A stretch of DNA of 64,000 nt from an uncultured Gemmatimonadales bacterium (lineage in GTDB: Bacteria; Gemmatimonadota; Gemmatimonadetes; Gemmatimonadales; GWC2-71-9). Where the stretch lies: contig CAVYSW010000003.1 of the NCBI GenBank assembly GCA_963771275.1, positions 1,408,001-1,472,000 of the forward strand, written 5' to 3'. The notes below the pieces were generated by a model. It was not told the DNA's origin and did no database searches. It saw only the letters and a program-made list of their open reading frames with translations. Positions 29,501 through 38,922 of the stretch are shown in pieces; positions within the stretch are counted from its first letter, which is position 1, and each line of letters opens with the position of its first letter. Made by a program: the position numbers and the translations under genes.

Positions 29501-29592
29501 CGCTCCTGCGCCCGCCCGGTGCTGGGGAGGGACGCCAGGAGCAGGGCTCCGAAGCCGACCGCCGAGGCGGCGCGGATCGATCGGGCGATCAC
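26587..29592 (-). CDS. Exported BNR/Asp-box beta-propeller protein (VPS10/GH74-like) with two BACON-like domains and a C-terminal EF-hand/dockerin-like motif
   Basis: Many S/T.DGG.SW repeats, WIALTTSSGTG and WITLATASGTG repeats, DLVGNRDGTFNLGDF. Confidence 0.85.
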   Translation of the reverse strand: MIARSIRAASAVGFGALLLASLPSTGRAQEREVGDSPRLRWEFFYQKRAFPFARIPAGALARAQLQAASMRAFLQAAPPPISGTQWRSIGPEGIPISQGSIGRLTAIAVHPTDRNTIYIGGAQGGVWKTTNGGASWTPLTDRECSLAMGALAIDPVNPQIVYAGTGEQHFSGDSYYGCGVLRSTDGGTSWTQLGGAIFQTASGGAKISRLVIDPRTAGTVATTQLLVASDFGLYRSQNGGASFTQVLSGTATDLVMHPTGPDTLYAAVRGVGIYKSVDGGASWLAANNGFSTSIRRINLAIAPSVPTTVYASVENASGGDLAGIWRTVDAAASWSKLAATGASCGTQCWYDQIIAVPADDANTVYFGGVSLYKSTDGGASFANILSGIHVDQHHIAFDPVDPLTVYVGNDGGVFRSTNGGSSWTSLNTNLVLTQFYEGISLHPFDPSQAMGGTQDNGTVAWAFDPVWSAVLGGDGGYTAIDAQNPATRYAETQWQANSGYSGPRRSDGVGYFLKLNGINSADRAQFIPPLVMDPADSRTLYFGTYRVYRTTDRADTWTPISGDLTGGGSISAIAPAAANPAVLYVGTSDGRVWSTANGGQDWSQRTLPMASSRYVQDIAVDPRDPQTAWVTVSGFLTAHVFRTTDGGVTFQNRSGNLPDAPVNAVVPDPTSRAVVLVGTDLGVFASGDSGGTWTPLTDGLPNVAVYDLAYNANTGVLLAGTHGRGMFALDLVRPLTLAVSPGARRDSASTGDTGLHADSAMVILSGTNASTTGWSATHGAASWIALTTSSGTGTTRLRWTRNPTGLAPGTYVDTIRVAVPGAIDSPWSVRDTLIVQSPPTTVTVTLAPGNRSDSATAGSVAQIADSAALSIVGTGADTTSWTVTVARGAPWITLATASGTGSGTVRWSLDPSDLQPGSYADTIVVRTSRGDTPRVGIAFLVTAPAITAACAAQELLGTPCLDDTGRRYLDLVGNRDGTFNLGDFVALLARTADAPAARGRR

Positions 29593-29738
29593 CGCCTGAT
29601 ATGTGCAGCGCGCCGGGGGCTGCGCGCAAGAGGGCGCCGCGGGTCGACGATGGTCGCGACCCGCCAACGACGTGCCGCCCCACTGCGTATGATCGGCAGC
29701 CGCTATCCGCCTCACTCCGTCACTCCGGAGATTTCCCC

Positions 29739-32687
29739 ATGCGTCATTCGTTGGCTCGTCTTCTCACCCTGGCCCTCGTGCTGGCCGCCGCGGCTGCCGG
29801 CGGGATCCAGGCGCAGGCCCGGCCCGACCGCCCGCCGCGCGATACCGCGCAGCAGGCTGGACCACAGGCGCCGAAAGTCCTGACCCTTGCCGACTACGGT
29901 CCGTGGAATCGCATCACCAGCGCCGCGATCTCGTCGGACGGGGCGTGGATGGTCTACGGGCTCCAGCCGAACGACGGGGACCTGACGCTGCATGTGAAGC
30001 AGCTCACCGGCGACAAGAGCTACACGATCCCTGCCGGCTCGGCCCCCACGGCTGCCGGCGGTGGGGCCGGGCGGTTCGGTGGCGCGGGCGGGGGCGGCGG
30101 TCCCGCGTTCTCCGGCGACGCCCGGTGGGTGGTGTACTACGTCAACCCGCCGTCGCGCGACTCGGCGCGGCGTGGAGGCCGCGGGGGTGCTGGCGTGCCG
30201 GGCGGCCCGGGTGCTCAGCGTCCCGGCTTTCCGGGAGCCGCCGCCGCCGCCGCCCGGCCGCAGCGTAAGCTTGAGCTCCTGAACCTCGCCTCGGGCGACA
30301 AGTTCGACGTCACCAACGCGGCGAGCTTCGCGTTCTCCGGTGATTCCAAGTGGCTCGCCATCAAGCTCAACCGCGCGCAGGGAGACACCTCGCACAGCGG
30401 TAGCGACCTGGTGCTGCGCGAGCTCGCGACCGGGGCCACGCGCAACGTCGGTAACGTGAACCTCTACGCGTTCGACGACGCGGGGCGGCTGCTTGCCTAC
30501 ACGGTGGACGCGGCCGAGCGGCTCGGCAACGGGATCTACGTGCTCGATCTCGCGACCGGCACCACTCGGGCGCTCAACACCGCCACGCGCGATTTCGACC
30601 AGATGACCTGGAGCGACTCGGGCACCAATCTGGTCGTGCTGTCGGGCGACAAGCAGAAGGAGAACGTGCAGAAGGACAACCTGCTCTACGCCTGGACCGA
30701 CCTCGGCACCGCGCGCGAGAAGGCGGTCGCGTACGATCCGACCAAAGACGCGGCGTTCCCCAAGGGGATGGTGCTGAGCGAGTTCGCGGCCCCGCGCTGG
30801 AGCAAGGACGGGACACGGCTGTTCATCGGGATCAAGGAGCAGGAAGCCGCGCCGGCCGAAAGCAGCGAGCCCAAGGCCAACGTCGACGTGTGGCACTGGA
30901 AGGACACGGAGGCGCAGTCGGTGCAGATGGTGCGGATCCAGCAGCTCCGCCGCGCCACGCTCCCGGCGGTGCTCCACCTCGCGACGCAGAAGTTCGTGCA
31001 GCTGGGCGACGACGACATGCGCACCGTGCAGCCCACCGCCAACGGCAAGTGGGCCATCGGGCGGTTCGACGCGCCGTATCGCGGCGAGGTCGCCTGGGGC
31101 GGGAGCCGCGCAGACTACTACAGGGTGAACGTGGCGACCGGTGAGCGCACGCTGATCGTGAAGAGCCTGAGCCGCACCATGGGCACCTCGCCCGACAGCC
31201 GCTGGTTCCTCTACCTCGAGAACGGGCACGTGTTCGCGTACGACCTCGAGACGGCCAAGATCGTCCCGGTGGACGCGAGCGCCGGCGTGAGCTTCGTGGA
31301 CGCCGACGACGACCACCCCTACGAGCGGCCCGTCTACGGTGTCGCGGGCTGGAGCAAGGACGGCAAGTCGGTGCTGCTGTATCACAAGTACGACGTGTGG
31401 CAGCTCCCCCTGGACGGCGGCAAGCCGGTGAACCTCACGCGCGGCGTGGGCGACAAGGAGGAGATCCAGTTCCGCGTCGTCCGGCTCGATCAGACCGGGC
31501 CGCGCCGGGGTGGTGGCGGTCGCGGCGCGTTCGGCCCGGGTGGCGGCGGCGACGACGAGGGCCTCGATCTCACCAAGCCGGTGCTGCTGTCGGCCTATGG
31601 CCAGTGGACCAAGAAATCCGGCTACTGGCGGCTCCCGCCCGGGAAGCCCCCGGTGGCGCTGATCTGGGCCGACAAGGCCATCGGCGACGCCGACAAGGCC
31701 GACAAGGCCGACCAGGTGATGTTCACCCAGCAGACGTTCACCGAGTTCCCGGACTACTGGGTGAGCAACGCCTCGTTCGAGGCGCCGCGCCAGGTGACCG
31801 ACGCCAACCCGCAGATCAAGGACTTCGCGTGGTCGAGCGGCAAGGTCCTGATCGACTACACCAACAGCAAGGGCCAGCGGCTCCAGGGGACGCTCACGCT
31901 GCCGGCCAACTACGAGCAGGGGAAGAAGTACCCCATGCTCGTGTACTTCTACGAGATCATGTCGAACACGCATCACCGGTTCTCGATGCCGGTGTACGAC
32001 GACCGCCCCCACATCTCCGAGTACGCCAGCGACGGCTATCTGGTGCTCCAGCCGGACGTGGTCTACCAGATCGGGCGGCCGGGCACGTCGGCGGTGGACT
32101 GTGTCACCAGCGCGGTGAAGAAGGTGATCGAGCTGGGCTACGCCGATCCCGCGCACATCGGGCTCCAGGGGCACAGCTGGGGCGGCTACCAGTCGTCCTA
32201 CATCGTGACCCAGACCGACATGTTCGCCGCGGTGGTCACGGGGGCGCCGCCCACCAACCTGGTGAGCTTCTACGACGAGCTGTACAAGCAGACCGGCACC
32301 GTGCAGCAGGGGATCATGGAAGTGGGGCAGGTGCGCATGGGCCAGGACTCGACGCCGTGGACGGCGCATGCGCAGTACGAGGACCAGTCGCCGATTCACA
32401 ACGTGCAGAACATCAAGACGCCGTTCCTGATCCTCCAGGGCACCGCCGACGGCGCGGTGGACTGGGTGCAGGGGCTCGAGTATTTCAATGCCGCCCGGCG
32501 GAACGGCAAGCAGGTGATCTTCCTGTCGTATCCCGACGAGCCGCACCATCTGGCGAAGAAGGAGAACCAGAAGGACTTCCAGGTGCGGATGAAGCAGTTC
32601 TTCGACCACTATCTCAAGGGGACGCCCGCGCCCAAGTGGATGACGGACGGGGTGCCGCAGGTGAAGAAGGGTGGACCGATCGAGTAG
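29739..32687 (+). CDS. S9 family prolyl oligopeptidase-like peptidase, exported
   Basis: GHSWGG, GTADGAVD, YPDEPHH; start at MRHSLARLL. Confidence 0.95.
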   Translation: MRHSLARLLTLALVLAAAAAGGIQAQARPDRPPRDTAQQAGPQAPKVLTLADYGPWNRITSAAISSDGAWMVYGLQPNDGDLTLHVKQLTGDKSYTIPAGSAPTAAGGGAGRFGGAGGGGGPAFSGDARWVVYYVNPPSRDSARRGGRGGAGVPGGPGAQRPGFPGAAAAAARPQRKLELLNLASGDKFDVTNAASFAFSGDSKWLAIKLNRAQGDTSHSGSDLVLRELATGATRNVGNVNLYAFDDAGRLLAYTVDAAERLGNGIYVLDLATGTTRALNTATRDFDQMTWSDSGTNLVVLSGDKQKENVQKDNLLYAWTDLGTAREKAVAYDPTKDAAFPKGMVLSEFAAPRWSKDGTRLFIGIKEQEAAPAESSEPKANVDVWHWKDTEAQSVQMVRIQQLRRATLPAVLHLATQKFVQLGDDDMRTVQPTANGKWAIGRFDAPYRGEVAWGGSRADYYRVNVATGERTLIVKSLSRTMGTSPDSRWFLYLENGHVFAYDLETAKIVPVDASAGVSFVDADDDHPYERPVYGVAGWSKDGKSVLLYHKYDVWQLPLDGGKPVNLTRGVGDKEEIQFRVVRLDQTGPRRGGGGRGAFGPGGGGDDEGLDLTKPVLLSAYGQWTKKSGYWRLPPGKPPVALIWADKAIGDADKADKADQVMFTQQTFTEFPDYWVSNASFEAPRQVTDANPQIKDFAWSSGKVLIDYTNSKGQRLQGTLTLPANYEQGKKYPMLVYFYEIMSNTHHRFSMPVYDDRPHISEYASDGYLVLQPDVVYQIGRPGTSAVDCVTSAVKKVIELGYADPAHIGLQGHSWGGYQSSYIVTQTDMFAAVVTGAPPTNLVSFYDELYKQTGTVQQGIMEVGQVRMGQDSTPWTAHAQYEDQSPIHNVQNIKTPFLILQGTADGAVDWVQGLEYFNAARRNGKQVIFLSYPDEPHHLAKKENQKDFQVRMKQFFDHYLKGTPAPKWMTDGVPQVKKGGPIE

Positions 32688-32733
32688 GGTGAGGAGCCCC
32701 AGGAGCGGCAGGAGCGGCAGAGCCGGCAGAACG

Positions 32734-32773
32734 GACGACGCGGCGGGGAGGGTTCCTGCCGCGCCGTCGTTTG
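32734..32773 (+). terminator. Intrinsic terminator-like hairpin (repeat family, also 33946, 41437, 42106)
   Basis: gacgacgcggcgggga-ggg-ttcctgccgcgccgtc then gtttg. Confidence 0.7.
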
Positions 32774-32812
32774 TGCGATGCTCCCGAGCCAATCTCGCCT
32801 GATGCCGCGCCC

Positions 32813-32889
32813 GTGGCACGAAAGATCGTTCGGCCTTCCTTCGCTGCTGCCGGTAGCAGCTTGCGCGCCGCAGCGGCGATGCGAATAAT
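32813..32889 (+). promoter_or_regulatory. AraC-module promoter, copy 0
   Basis: Palindrome gctgctgccggtagcagc, then TTGCGC-17-AATAAT; homologous to 35082-35158 and 43248-43324. Confidence 0.6.
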
Positions 32890-32925
32890 GGCGGCGAAGC
32901 CTGCCGTTCAGGGGGTCGAAACGCC

Positions 32926-33145
32926 ATGGTGTAGCCGTCGGACCGGAGGCGGTACCCAGACCCGTTCGAGTACTACACCGCCCTCAGGCGAATGAAGGAG
33001 TACGTGGGCGCGCACCTGGGTGAGGAGATCGGGCTGCATCGCCGGCGCAGCGGGGCTTCAGCCCCAAGTCCTTGTCGCGCTTCTTCCGCGAGAAGGTGGG
33101 GCTGACATTCACCGAGTGGCTGGCGGCGTACCGAGTCGATGTCGG
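32926..33145 (+). pseudogene. Degenerate AraC-HTH gene
   Basis: Fragments FEYYTALRRMKEYVGAHLGEEIGL and SRFFREKVGLTFTEWLAAYRV match 35193-35567; broken and 3'-truncated. Confidence 0.8.
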
Positions 33146-33186
33146 TCGCGGCCTGAGCCGCAGAGGTGGCTGGAACGGTGACGGTC

Positions 33187-33735
33187 CTATACCGGCCGGA
33201 ACAGCTCCCCGACCGTCAACGCCAGCGGTTCCCGCGCGCCCGCCGGATGCCACGTCACCAGGTCGCGCTCCACGCTTGGGAAGGTGGCCTCCCGGGTCCA
33301 GAGCTCGAACAGTTGTGCATCCGGGTCCACCATCCAGTACGTCGCGACGCCGTGCTCCTGGTACAGCCGCCGCTTGGTGAACCGGTCGGCGCGCCCGGAC
33401 GACGGGCTCAGGATCTCGACGGCCAGCAGCAGGGTTCGCATCCGGCGCCAGTCGAGTGTCCGTGCCTCAGCAAGGTCCACCACGAACAGGTCGGGCTGCA
33501 CGAGAATGTCCGGTCCCCATGAGATGTCCGCCGGGGACGCCAGCAGCTGACCCACCGGCTCCCGTTCGAGGTAAACCCCCAGGGCGAGTTGCAGCCGCTG
33601 CAGGACGAGCTGGTGAAGGGCCCGCGGTGCCGGAGTCACCAGCAGCTCCCCGTGCACGACCTCGTAGCGGTTCCCGTCGTCGGGGAGGGCGCGGACCATG
33701 TCGGCGGTGTGGTACGTCGGGGCGACCATGCCCAT
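33187..33735 (-). CDS. Uma2 family (PD-(D/E)xK) endonuclease
   Basis: LPDDGNRYEVVHGEL, VQPDL, LAVEILSPSS..DR..KRRLY, YWMVDP. Confidence 0.93.
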   Translation of the reverse strand: MGMVAPTYHTADMVRALPDDGNRYEVVHGELLVTPAPRALHQLVLQRLQLALGVYLEREPVGQLLASPADISWGPDILVQPDLFVVDLAEARTLDWRRMRTLLLAVEILSPSSGRADRFTKRRLYQEHGVATYWMVDPDAQLFELWTREATFPSVERDLVTWHPAGAREPLALTVGELFRPV

Positions 33736-33860
33736 AAGCTCGGCTCGGCGCGGAGGAGAACGCAAGGTGGCACGTCCCAGCATGGGACGGGCCGCGACCC
33801 GAACCGTCATCGTTCGCATGCCCGGCCCCGCCGAAACCCCGCGTCCTGCCACCCGCCGGC

Positions 33861-33899
33861 GTGGACATTGAGAGCGGCGCCGTCTGCGTCGCGGCCTGA
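33861..33899 (+). pseudogene. Internally deleted remnant of the DUF4160-DUF2442 pair
   Basis: 33861-33884 matches 41663-41686 (21/24) and joins directly to a match of the DUF2442 3' end at 42049-42071 (20/23). Confidence 0.65.
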
Positions 33900-33945
33900 G
33901 CGGGAGGAGGAGCAGCGGCAGAGGCAGCAAAGGGGGCGGGAAGGA

Positions 33946-34008
33946 GACGCGGCGAGGAGGGTTCTTCCCGCGTCGTCGTTTGACAGCCATGGGCGACACA
34001 CCGATACT
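33946..34008 (+). promoter_or_regulatory. Hairpin whose tail forms the -35 of a sigma70-like promoter for OCD copy 1
   Basis: TTGACA(33980)-17-GATACT(34003); same boxes at 42145 and 42169. Confidence 0.65.
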
Positions 34009-34032
34009 CTGCGATCCCGATCCCGTACCCAC

Positions 34033-35036
34033 ATGAAGACCCTGATCGTCACTCAGTCAGAGATCTCCCGCCTGCTCCCGATGCCGGAGTGCATCGAGGC
34101 CATGGTCGAGGCGCTCACGGCAGTGGCCCGAGGCGAGGTCGTGCTCCCGCTCAGGCAGGTCGTTCCGCTGCCACACCACCTTGGCGCCCTGGCGTCGATG
34201 CCGGCGTACCTCGAGTCGCCCAGGGGGATGGCGGTCAAGGTGATCGCGGTGTTTCCGGGAAATCATGGGACGCAATTCGATTCCCATCAGGGGGCCGTGC
34301 TGCTGTTCGAGGGCGAGCATGGCAGCCTCCGCGCCATTCTCGACGCGACCGAGGTGACGGCGATCCGCACCGCCGCGGTCTCGGGCGTCGCGACTCGACT
34401 GCTGGCGCGGGAAGGCGCCGGAGACCTCGCGATCCTCGGCTCAGGAGTCCAGGCTCGTACGCATCTCGAGGCGATGCTCGCGGTGAAGCGGATCCGTCGG
34501 GTGAGAGTGTGGAGCCGGACCGCGGGAAAGCGCGAGCGGTTTGCCGAGCGCGAGGGTCGGCGCCACGCCATCACGGTGGAGCCGATGCCCACTGCTCGCG
34601 AGGCCGTGGCGGGTGCGGACCTGATCTGTACCACCACGTCGTCGCGCGAGCCGGTGCTCGAGGGCGACTGGCTCGCGCCCGGGACGCACGTCAATGCGGT
34701 GGGCTCGAGTGTCAGGATTGCCCGTGAGCTGGATACCGCCGCGGTCGTGCGGTCGCGGCTCTTCGTGGACCGGCGGGAATCCACACTCAACGAAGCGGGC
34801 GACTTCCTGACGCCTAAGGCCGAGGGCGCGATCGGCGACGATCACATCCGGGGCGAGATCGGGGACATCCTCGTCGGCAAGGCGCGCGGCCGCGAGTCGG
34901 ACCAGGAGATCACGCTGTTCAAGTCCCTCGGGAATCGCGGTGGAGGATCTCGCCGCCGCGCAATCTGGTCTACGCGCGGGCGGTGGAGCAGGGAGTGGGG
35001 ACGTGGGTCGAGCTGGGAGGAAGCCGAGCGGAGTAG
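34033..35036 (+). pseudogene. Ornithine cyclodeaminase / mu-crystallin family, copy 1 (two +1 frameshifts near 34932 and 34962; may be read errors)
   Basis: TAIRTAAVS, ILGSGVQA, HVNAVG, ITLFKSLG; 2 nt longer than the intact copy at 42201. Confidence 0.85.
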
Positions 35037-35081
35037 TCGGGTTTCCCGGTGGACACCCGCTCCAAGCCCCGGCGTGCGGGC

Positions 35082-35158
35082 GTGGCACGAAAACGCGTTC
35101 GGCTTCCGTTCGCCTGCTACCGGTAGCGATTGCGCATCGCACCCCACCCCCCAATCGT
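35082..35158 (+). promoter_or_regulatory. AraC-module promoter, copy 1
   Basis: GCTACCGGTAGC palindrome (35116-35127), TTGCGC-17-AATCGT. Confidence 0.6.
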
Positions 35159-35192
35159 AGGGGCAGCGTTCCTGCGGTTGAGGGTGAGTCTT

Positions 35193-35567
35193 ATGGAGGA
35201 TCGGCCTGGACTCGGGCGTGCAGACGCGCCGGCCTTTGAGTACTACGCTGCTCTTAAGCGCGTGGACGAGTATGTGCATCGGCACCTGGCGGAGCCGATC
35301 GGTCTCCGCCAGATCGCGGGCGTAGCGCACCTCGAACCGAAGTACTTCTCCCGCTTCTTCCACGACAAGATCGGCCTGACGTTCACCGAGTGGCTTGCGG
35401 CATGCCGCGTTGAGCGTGCGGCGGCGTTGCTGCGGGAACGGGAGCGATGCGTGGCAGAGGTTGTCCAGGAGGTTGGGTTCCGGACCTGCCGGACCTGCGA
35501 TCGGTGGTTCAAGCGCTTCAAAGGCGTGACGCCCTTGCAGTACAGGCAGATGATGCGGCCGAGGTGA
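35193..35567 (+). CDS. Stand-alone AraC-family HTH regulator
   Basis: YFSRFFHDKIGLTFTEWL..RVERAAALL, VGF....FKRFKGVTPLQYR; no sensor domain. Confidence 0.9.
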   Translation: MEDRPGLGRADAPAFEYYAALKRVDEYVHRHLAEPIGLRQIAGVAHLEPKYFSRFFHDKIGLTFTEWLAACRVERAAALLRERERCVAEVVQEVGFRTCRTCDRWFKRFKGVTPLQYRQMMRPR

Positions 35568-35799
35568 GTGGCCTCGACCCATGGGAGGTGGAAAGCTGAC
35601 GCATTTCGGACGAGAAGTGTCCGATTCTTGGCACTTTCCGGTCTTTCGAGTGGCCTTCACCCACCGCAACGTAGCGCATGGATGAGGCGGAGAAGGAGGC
35701 GTCCCGCGCCGGTCTCACGCCGGTGCTGTGTGCCTGCGCTCGTCATGCCAAACCGGAACGTGACTCGGGCTCGACGTCCGAGTCAGGGGGGAGGAAGCC

Positions 35800-37707
35800 A
35801 TGAGACTCCATCAACCTCTACCGTTGTTGGCGACCGTGATCGTCCTGGCCGCCTGCGCGCCGGACCGCGGGCCCGTCGAACCCACCGCTCCTCCCGACCT
35901 GTCCGCCGTAGGGGCGGGAGATCGACCATTCTACTACTACCAGCATGCTCCCGTATACCTGGATCCGGACAGCTCGCGCGTGGTGGTGACACTGCGGGAG
36001 GGACGCACGTCCGAATCAGCAGGCGAAGTCGTGCAGGCCGTCACTGGGCGGGCCGCAGAGGCGGGGCGGCGGGTCGCGCCGGGGGTCCACGTATTCGAGC
36101 TCGCCGGCCAAGAACCCGGGAAGCCATCTCAGCTGGTCAGCCGTCTCCGGGACGAGGGGATCGCTTCGATCGCCGTGCCGGCGTACCGGTGGGAGGGTGA
36201 CGGGTCCGACGTCTTCTTGACGAACCGCTTCATGGTCCAGTTCTCCCCGGGGGTGTCCCGGGCGATGGTCCAGGCACTCGCGGATTCCGCGGGGCTCGCG
36301 TTCGTGCGCACGCCTGCACCGGATTCGGGGCGGTTCTCCTACACGTTCAGATACCCCGACGGGACGGCTGATCCTCTGGCGTTCGTCAACCAGATCGCGG
36401 TGAGGCCGGACGTTGAATGGGCGACGCCGGACAAGGTCGCCGGACGGCGGATGTTCGACCTCCCCACGGACCCCTATTTCCCGCTCCAGTTCTATCTTGA
36501 CAACCCGTTGATGTATCAGGGCAAACACGTCGACGATAACCCTGACTGGGCATGGCTGGAAACACGGGGAGCGGGTGTCACCATCGCGATTGTCGATGGC
36601 GGTGTGGAAGTTAGTCACCCGGATTTCTCGTTCTCCGCACCGATTCGCGTCTACGATGCTGTCGCTGGGGACACGTTGGCAGCGGTGCACCCGCATGGAG
36701 GGGTGGCATGCGGTCACGGTACGTCGGTCGCGGGAATCATCTTCGCCGAGCACAACAACGCCCAGGGAGTGGCGGGGATCGCGCCGGATGCGCACATCGC
36801 GGTGGCACGGATCTTCAACGATGCAGGAGGGATAGTGCCAGATGGACAGGTTGCCGACGCGATCAACTGGGCGTGGTCAACGGGGCAGGCCGATGTCCTA
36901 AACAACAGTTGGGGGGGAGGGGCGCCCGACGACGCGATCACGTGGGCCATTATCTATGCGACCATGCTCGGGCGAGATGGCAAAGGTTCGCTCGTCGTGT
37001 TCAGTGCCGGCAATGGCTACCCCTCCGTCGTGTATCCCGCCAATATCTGGTTTACGGTAGCGGTGAGCGCGATCACGCGCTCAGGAGCGCTTGCGCCGTA
37101 CTCCCCACCTGCCGGGATGACGGTGAGAGATCTCGTGGCTCCTTCGTCCGGTGAGCCGGGAGAGCAGTATGGCGTAGTCACGACCGACGTTACGGGCGCG
37201 GATGGGTATGATTCGGGTGACTACAATTTCCACTTTGGGGGGACATCAGCGGCGGCGCCACAAGTGGCGGGCGCTGCAGCCCTGATCTACGCACGTTATC
37301 CAGCCCTGCAGCAAGAGCAGACCCGCAGTCGTCTCACCTCAAACGCCGACGCTTGGGGGTCAAGCGCCATCTTCGGAGCAGGCAAGCTCAACGCGTCGCC
37401 TGCCGCCGGCGTGACTGAGCTGCTCACGTACGTCAGTGGACCGGGCTACATTTTCACAAAGGGGTCGTACACTTGGAACGCCTCGCGATCAGGTGGCACG
37501 GGGACCTACTCATATCGGTGGCGCCAGCGATTCGTCGGAGGCTCGTGGTCGGTGGTGGGCTCAGGTTCGTCTGTGAACCTCATGGTCTACGGCGGGGACG
37601 ACGACTTCGACCTCGAGTTGCGGGTGACCTCTGGAATGCAAACGAAGTACGACACGCTTCGGGTGGTCAACTGCATAGACGGTGGTGAGAATTGCATACA
37701 GTACTAG
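35800..37707 (+). CDS. S8 subtilisin-like serine protease lipoprotein with C-terminal PKD-like domain
   Basis: Lipobox LAAC; IVDGG, HGTSVAG, SAGN, GTSAAAP; strong RBS. Confidence 0.93.
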   Translation: MRLHQPLPLLATVIVLAACAPDRGPVEPTAPPDLSAVGAGDRPFYYYQHAPVYLDPDSSRVVVTLREGRTSESAGEVVQAVTGRAAEAGRRVAPGVHVFELAGQEPGKPSQLVSRLRDEGIASIAVPAYRWEGDGSDVFLTNRFMVQFSPGVSRAMVQALADSAGLAFVRTPAPDSGRFSYTFRYPDGTADPLAFVNQIAVRPDVEWATPDKVAGRRMFDLPTDPYFPLQFYLDNPLMYQGKHVDDNPDWAWLETRGAGVTIAIVDGGVEVSHPDFSFSAPIRVYDAVAGDTLAAVHPHGGVACGHGTSVAGIIFAEHNNAQGVAGIAPDAHIAVARIFNDAGGIVPDGQVADAINWAWSTGQADVLNNSWGGGAPDDAITWAIIYATMLGRDGKGSLVVFSAGNGYPSVVYPANIWFTVAVSAITRSGALAPYSPPAGMTVRDLVAPSSGEPGEQYGVVTTDVTGADGYDSGDYNFHFGGTSAAAPQVAGAAALIYARYPALQQEQTRSRLTSNADAWGSSAIFGAGKLNASPAAGVTELLTYVSGPGYIFTKGSYTWNASRSGGTGTYSYRWRQRFVGGSWSVVGSGSSVNLMVYGGDDDFDLELRVTSGMQTKYDTLRVVNCIDGGENCIQY

Positions 37708-37729
37708 CGTGCTCGGCGGGCGGCGCCCT

Positions 37730-38878
37730 GTGAAGCGATGCCGCGTGCATTGGTTGGTGGGCCTGGCCCTGTGTAGCGCGTTGGCGTGCAGTACCGTCGA
37801 CGGACCCGGGCCGGGCTCACCCATTGCACTGATCGACGTGGGAGAAGGCGGCCGCCCGCTTCTGATCGAGAACGATGGTACTATGACGAGCGCGGCGGAG
37901 CCGCTGCCTTGGTTCCGCGACGCGATCGGGCGCGTGGGAGACAGCGCGCTACTGGTCCTGGGCTTTGATCCGCCGGAGCCGGCCCAGCTGCTGATGATGC
38001 GCTTGCCGTTGGGAGAAGTTACACGATCGGTGCCCACCGCCCAATTGCTCACCGAGTGGATGGGGTGCACGGTGGAAGCCAGCCATCCATGGTACGCGGC
38101 GGTGGGCGGCACGCCGGCGTACGTCGTCCTCGCCGGCGTCCCCGTATGCGGTACCTGGGGGCTCGTGGGCCTCTCATGGCCCGACGCCAAGGTGACGGCT
38201 GTACTCCGGAACCTCGAGGTCGATTTCTGGTCGCTGGCCGCATTGCCGGGGGATGACGGCCTGATCGCGGCCGGAGGGCGCCGCCCGTCCGATCCGGAGG
38301 GCGTGGGCCGGTTGTACATCGTGAATGCTCCGACGATGGTGGTGGTCGACTCGTCCCCGCCAATTACCGTGGATCCCGAGTTCCACACGCCCTGGGTGGA
38401 AGTCGTTTGGACGGACGATTCGGACCGGGGATACGTGTTAACCTACGACGCGCGGATCCGACTCTACCGGCGGAGCACCGGCGCGTTCTCGCCTGTGGCG
38501 GCCAATGCCATCTGGTCACGCATCCGGTTCGATCCTCGGCGGGACGCGGTGCTGGTGCTTACCCCCGGCGATCCCTTCGACTGGCCCGGTCGCCCTCTGC
38601 TCCAGTGGTTCAGCGATACCGGCGAGGTGTTCCCGCGCGTGACCCTGGCCGGTATGATGCCGGACAGGTCGGATCCGCGGGTGCGCGATGCCCGCCCCGA
38701 CGGCTCGGGCGGGCTGCTGGTGCTCACGGGGACGGAGCGGCGAGGGCCCTTGTATCCGACTCAGACCTGCCGAGTCTTCCGGGTCAACGACACGGCAACC
38801 GCCGGTGTAAGCGTGTCCCTTCTGGCCGCGACGGACGCGTACGGATGCACCACGGTGGTGCCGATTCGCGGGCGGTAG
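37730..38878 (+). CDS. Hypothetical beta-rich lipoprotein, copy 1
   Basis: Lipobox ALAC; clear paralog at 45082-46229. Confidence 0.8.
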   Translation: MKRCRVHWLVGLALCSALACSTVDGPGPGSPIALIDVGEGGRPLLIENDGTMTSAAEPLPWFRDAIGRVGDSALLVLGFDPPEPAQLLMMRLPLGEVTRSVPTAQLLTEWMGCTVEASHPWYAAVGGTPAYVVLAGVPVCGTWGLVGLSWPDAKVTAVLRNLEVDFWSLAALPGDDGLIAAGGRRPSDPEGVGRLYIVNAPTMVVVDSSPPITVDPEFHTPWVEVVWTDDSDRGYVLTYDARIRLYRRSTGAFSPVAANAIWSRIRFDPRRDAVLVLTPGDPFDWPGRPLLQWFSDTGEVFPRVTLAGMMPDRSDPRVRDARPDGSGGLLVLTGTERRGPLYPTQTCRVFRVNDTATAGVSVSLLAATDAYGCTTVVPIRGR

Positions 38879-38922
38879 GCGCACGTCGGGGATACGGTGC
38901 CGCTGAATCCGGACGCCGCCCC

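Noticed and set aside
29712..32927. Long antisense ORFs (1071 aa here; also 15961-17859, 27259-29883, 51927-53930 and others)
   Set aside because: Shadow frames of high-GC genes, Arg/Pro/Gly-rich, without recognisable motifs.
35082..35100. Sigma54 promoter suggested by TGGCACG
   Set aside because: The -12 TTGC element is absent at the required spacing in all three copies.
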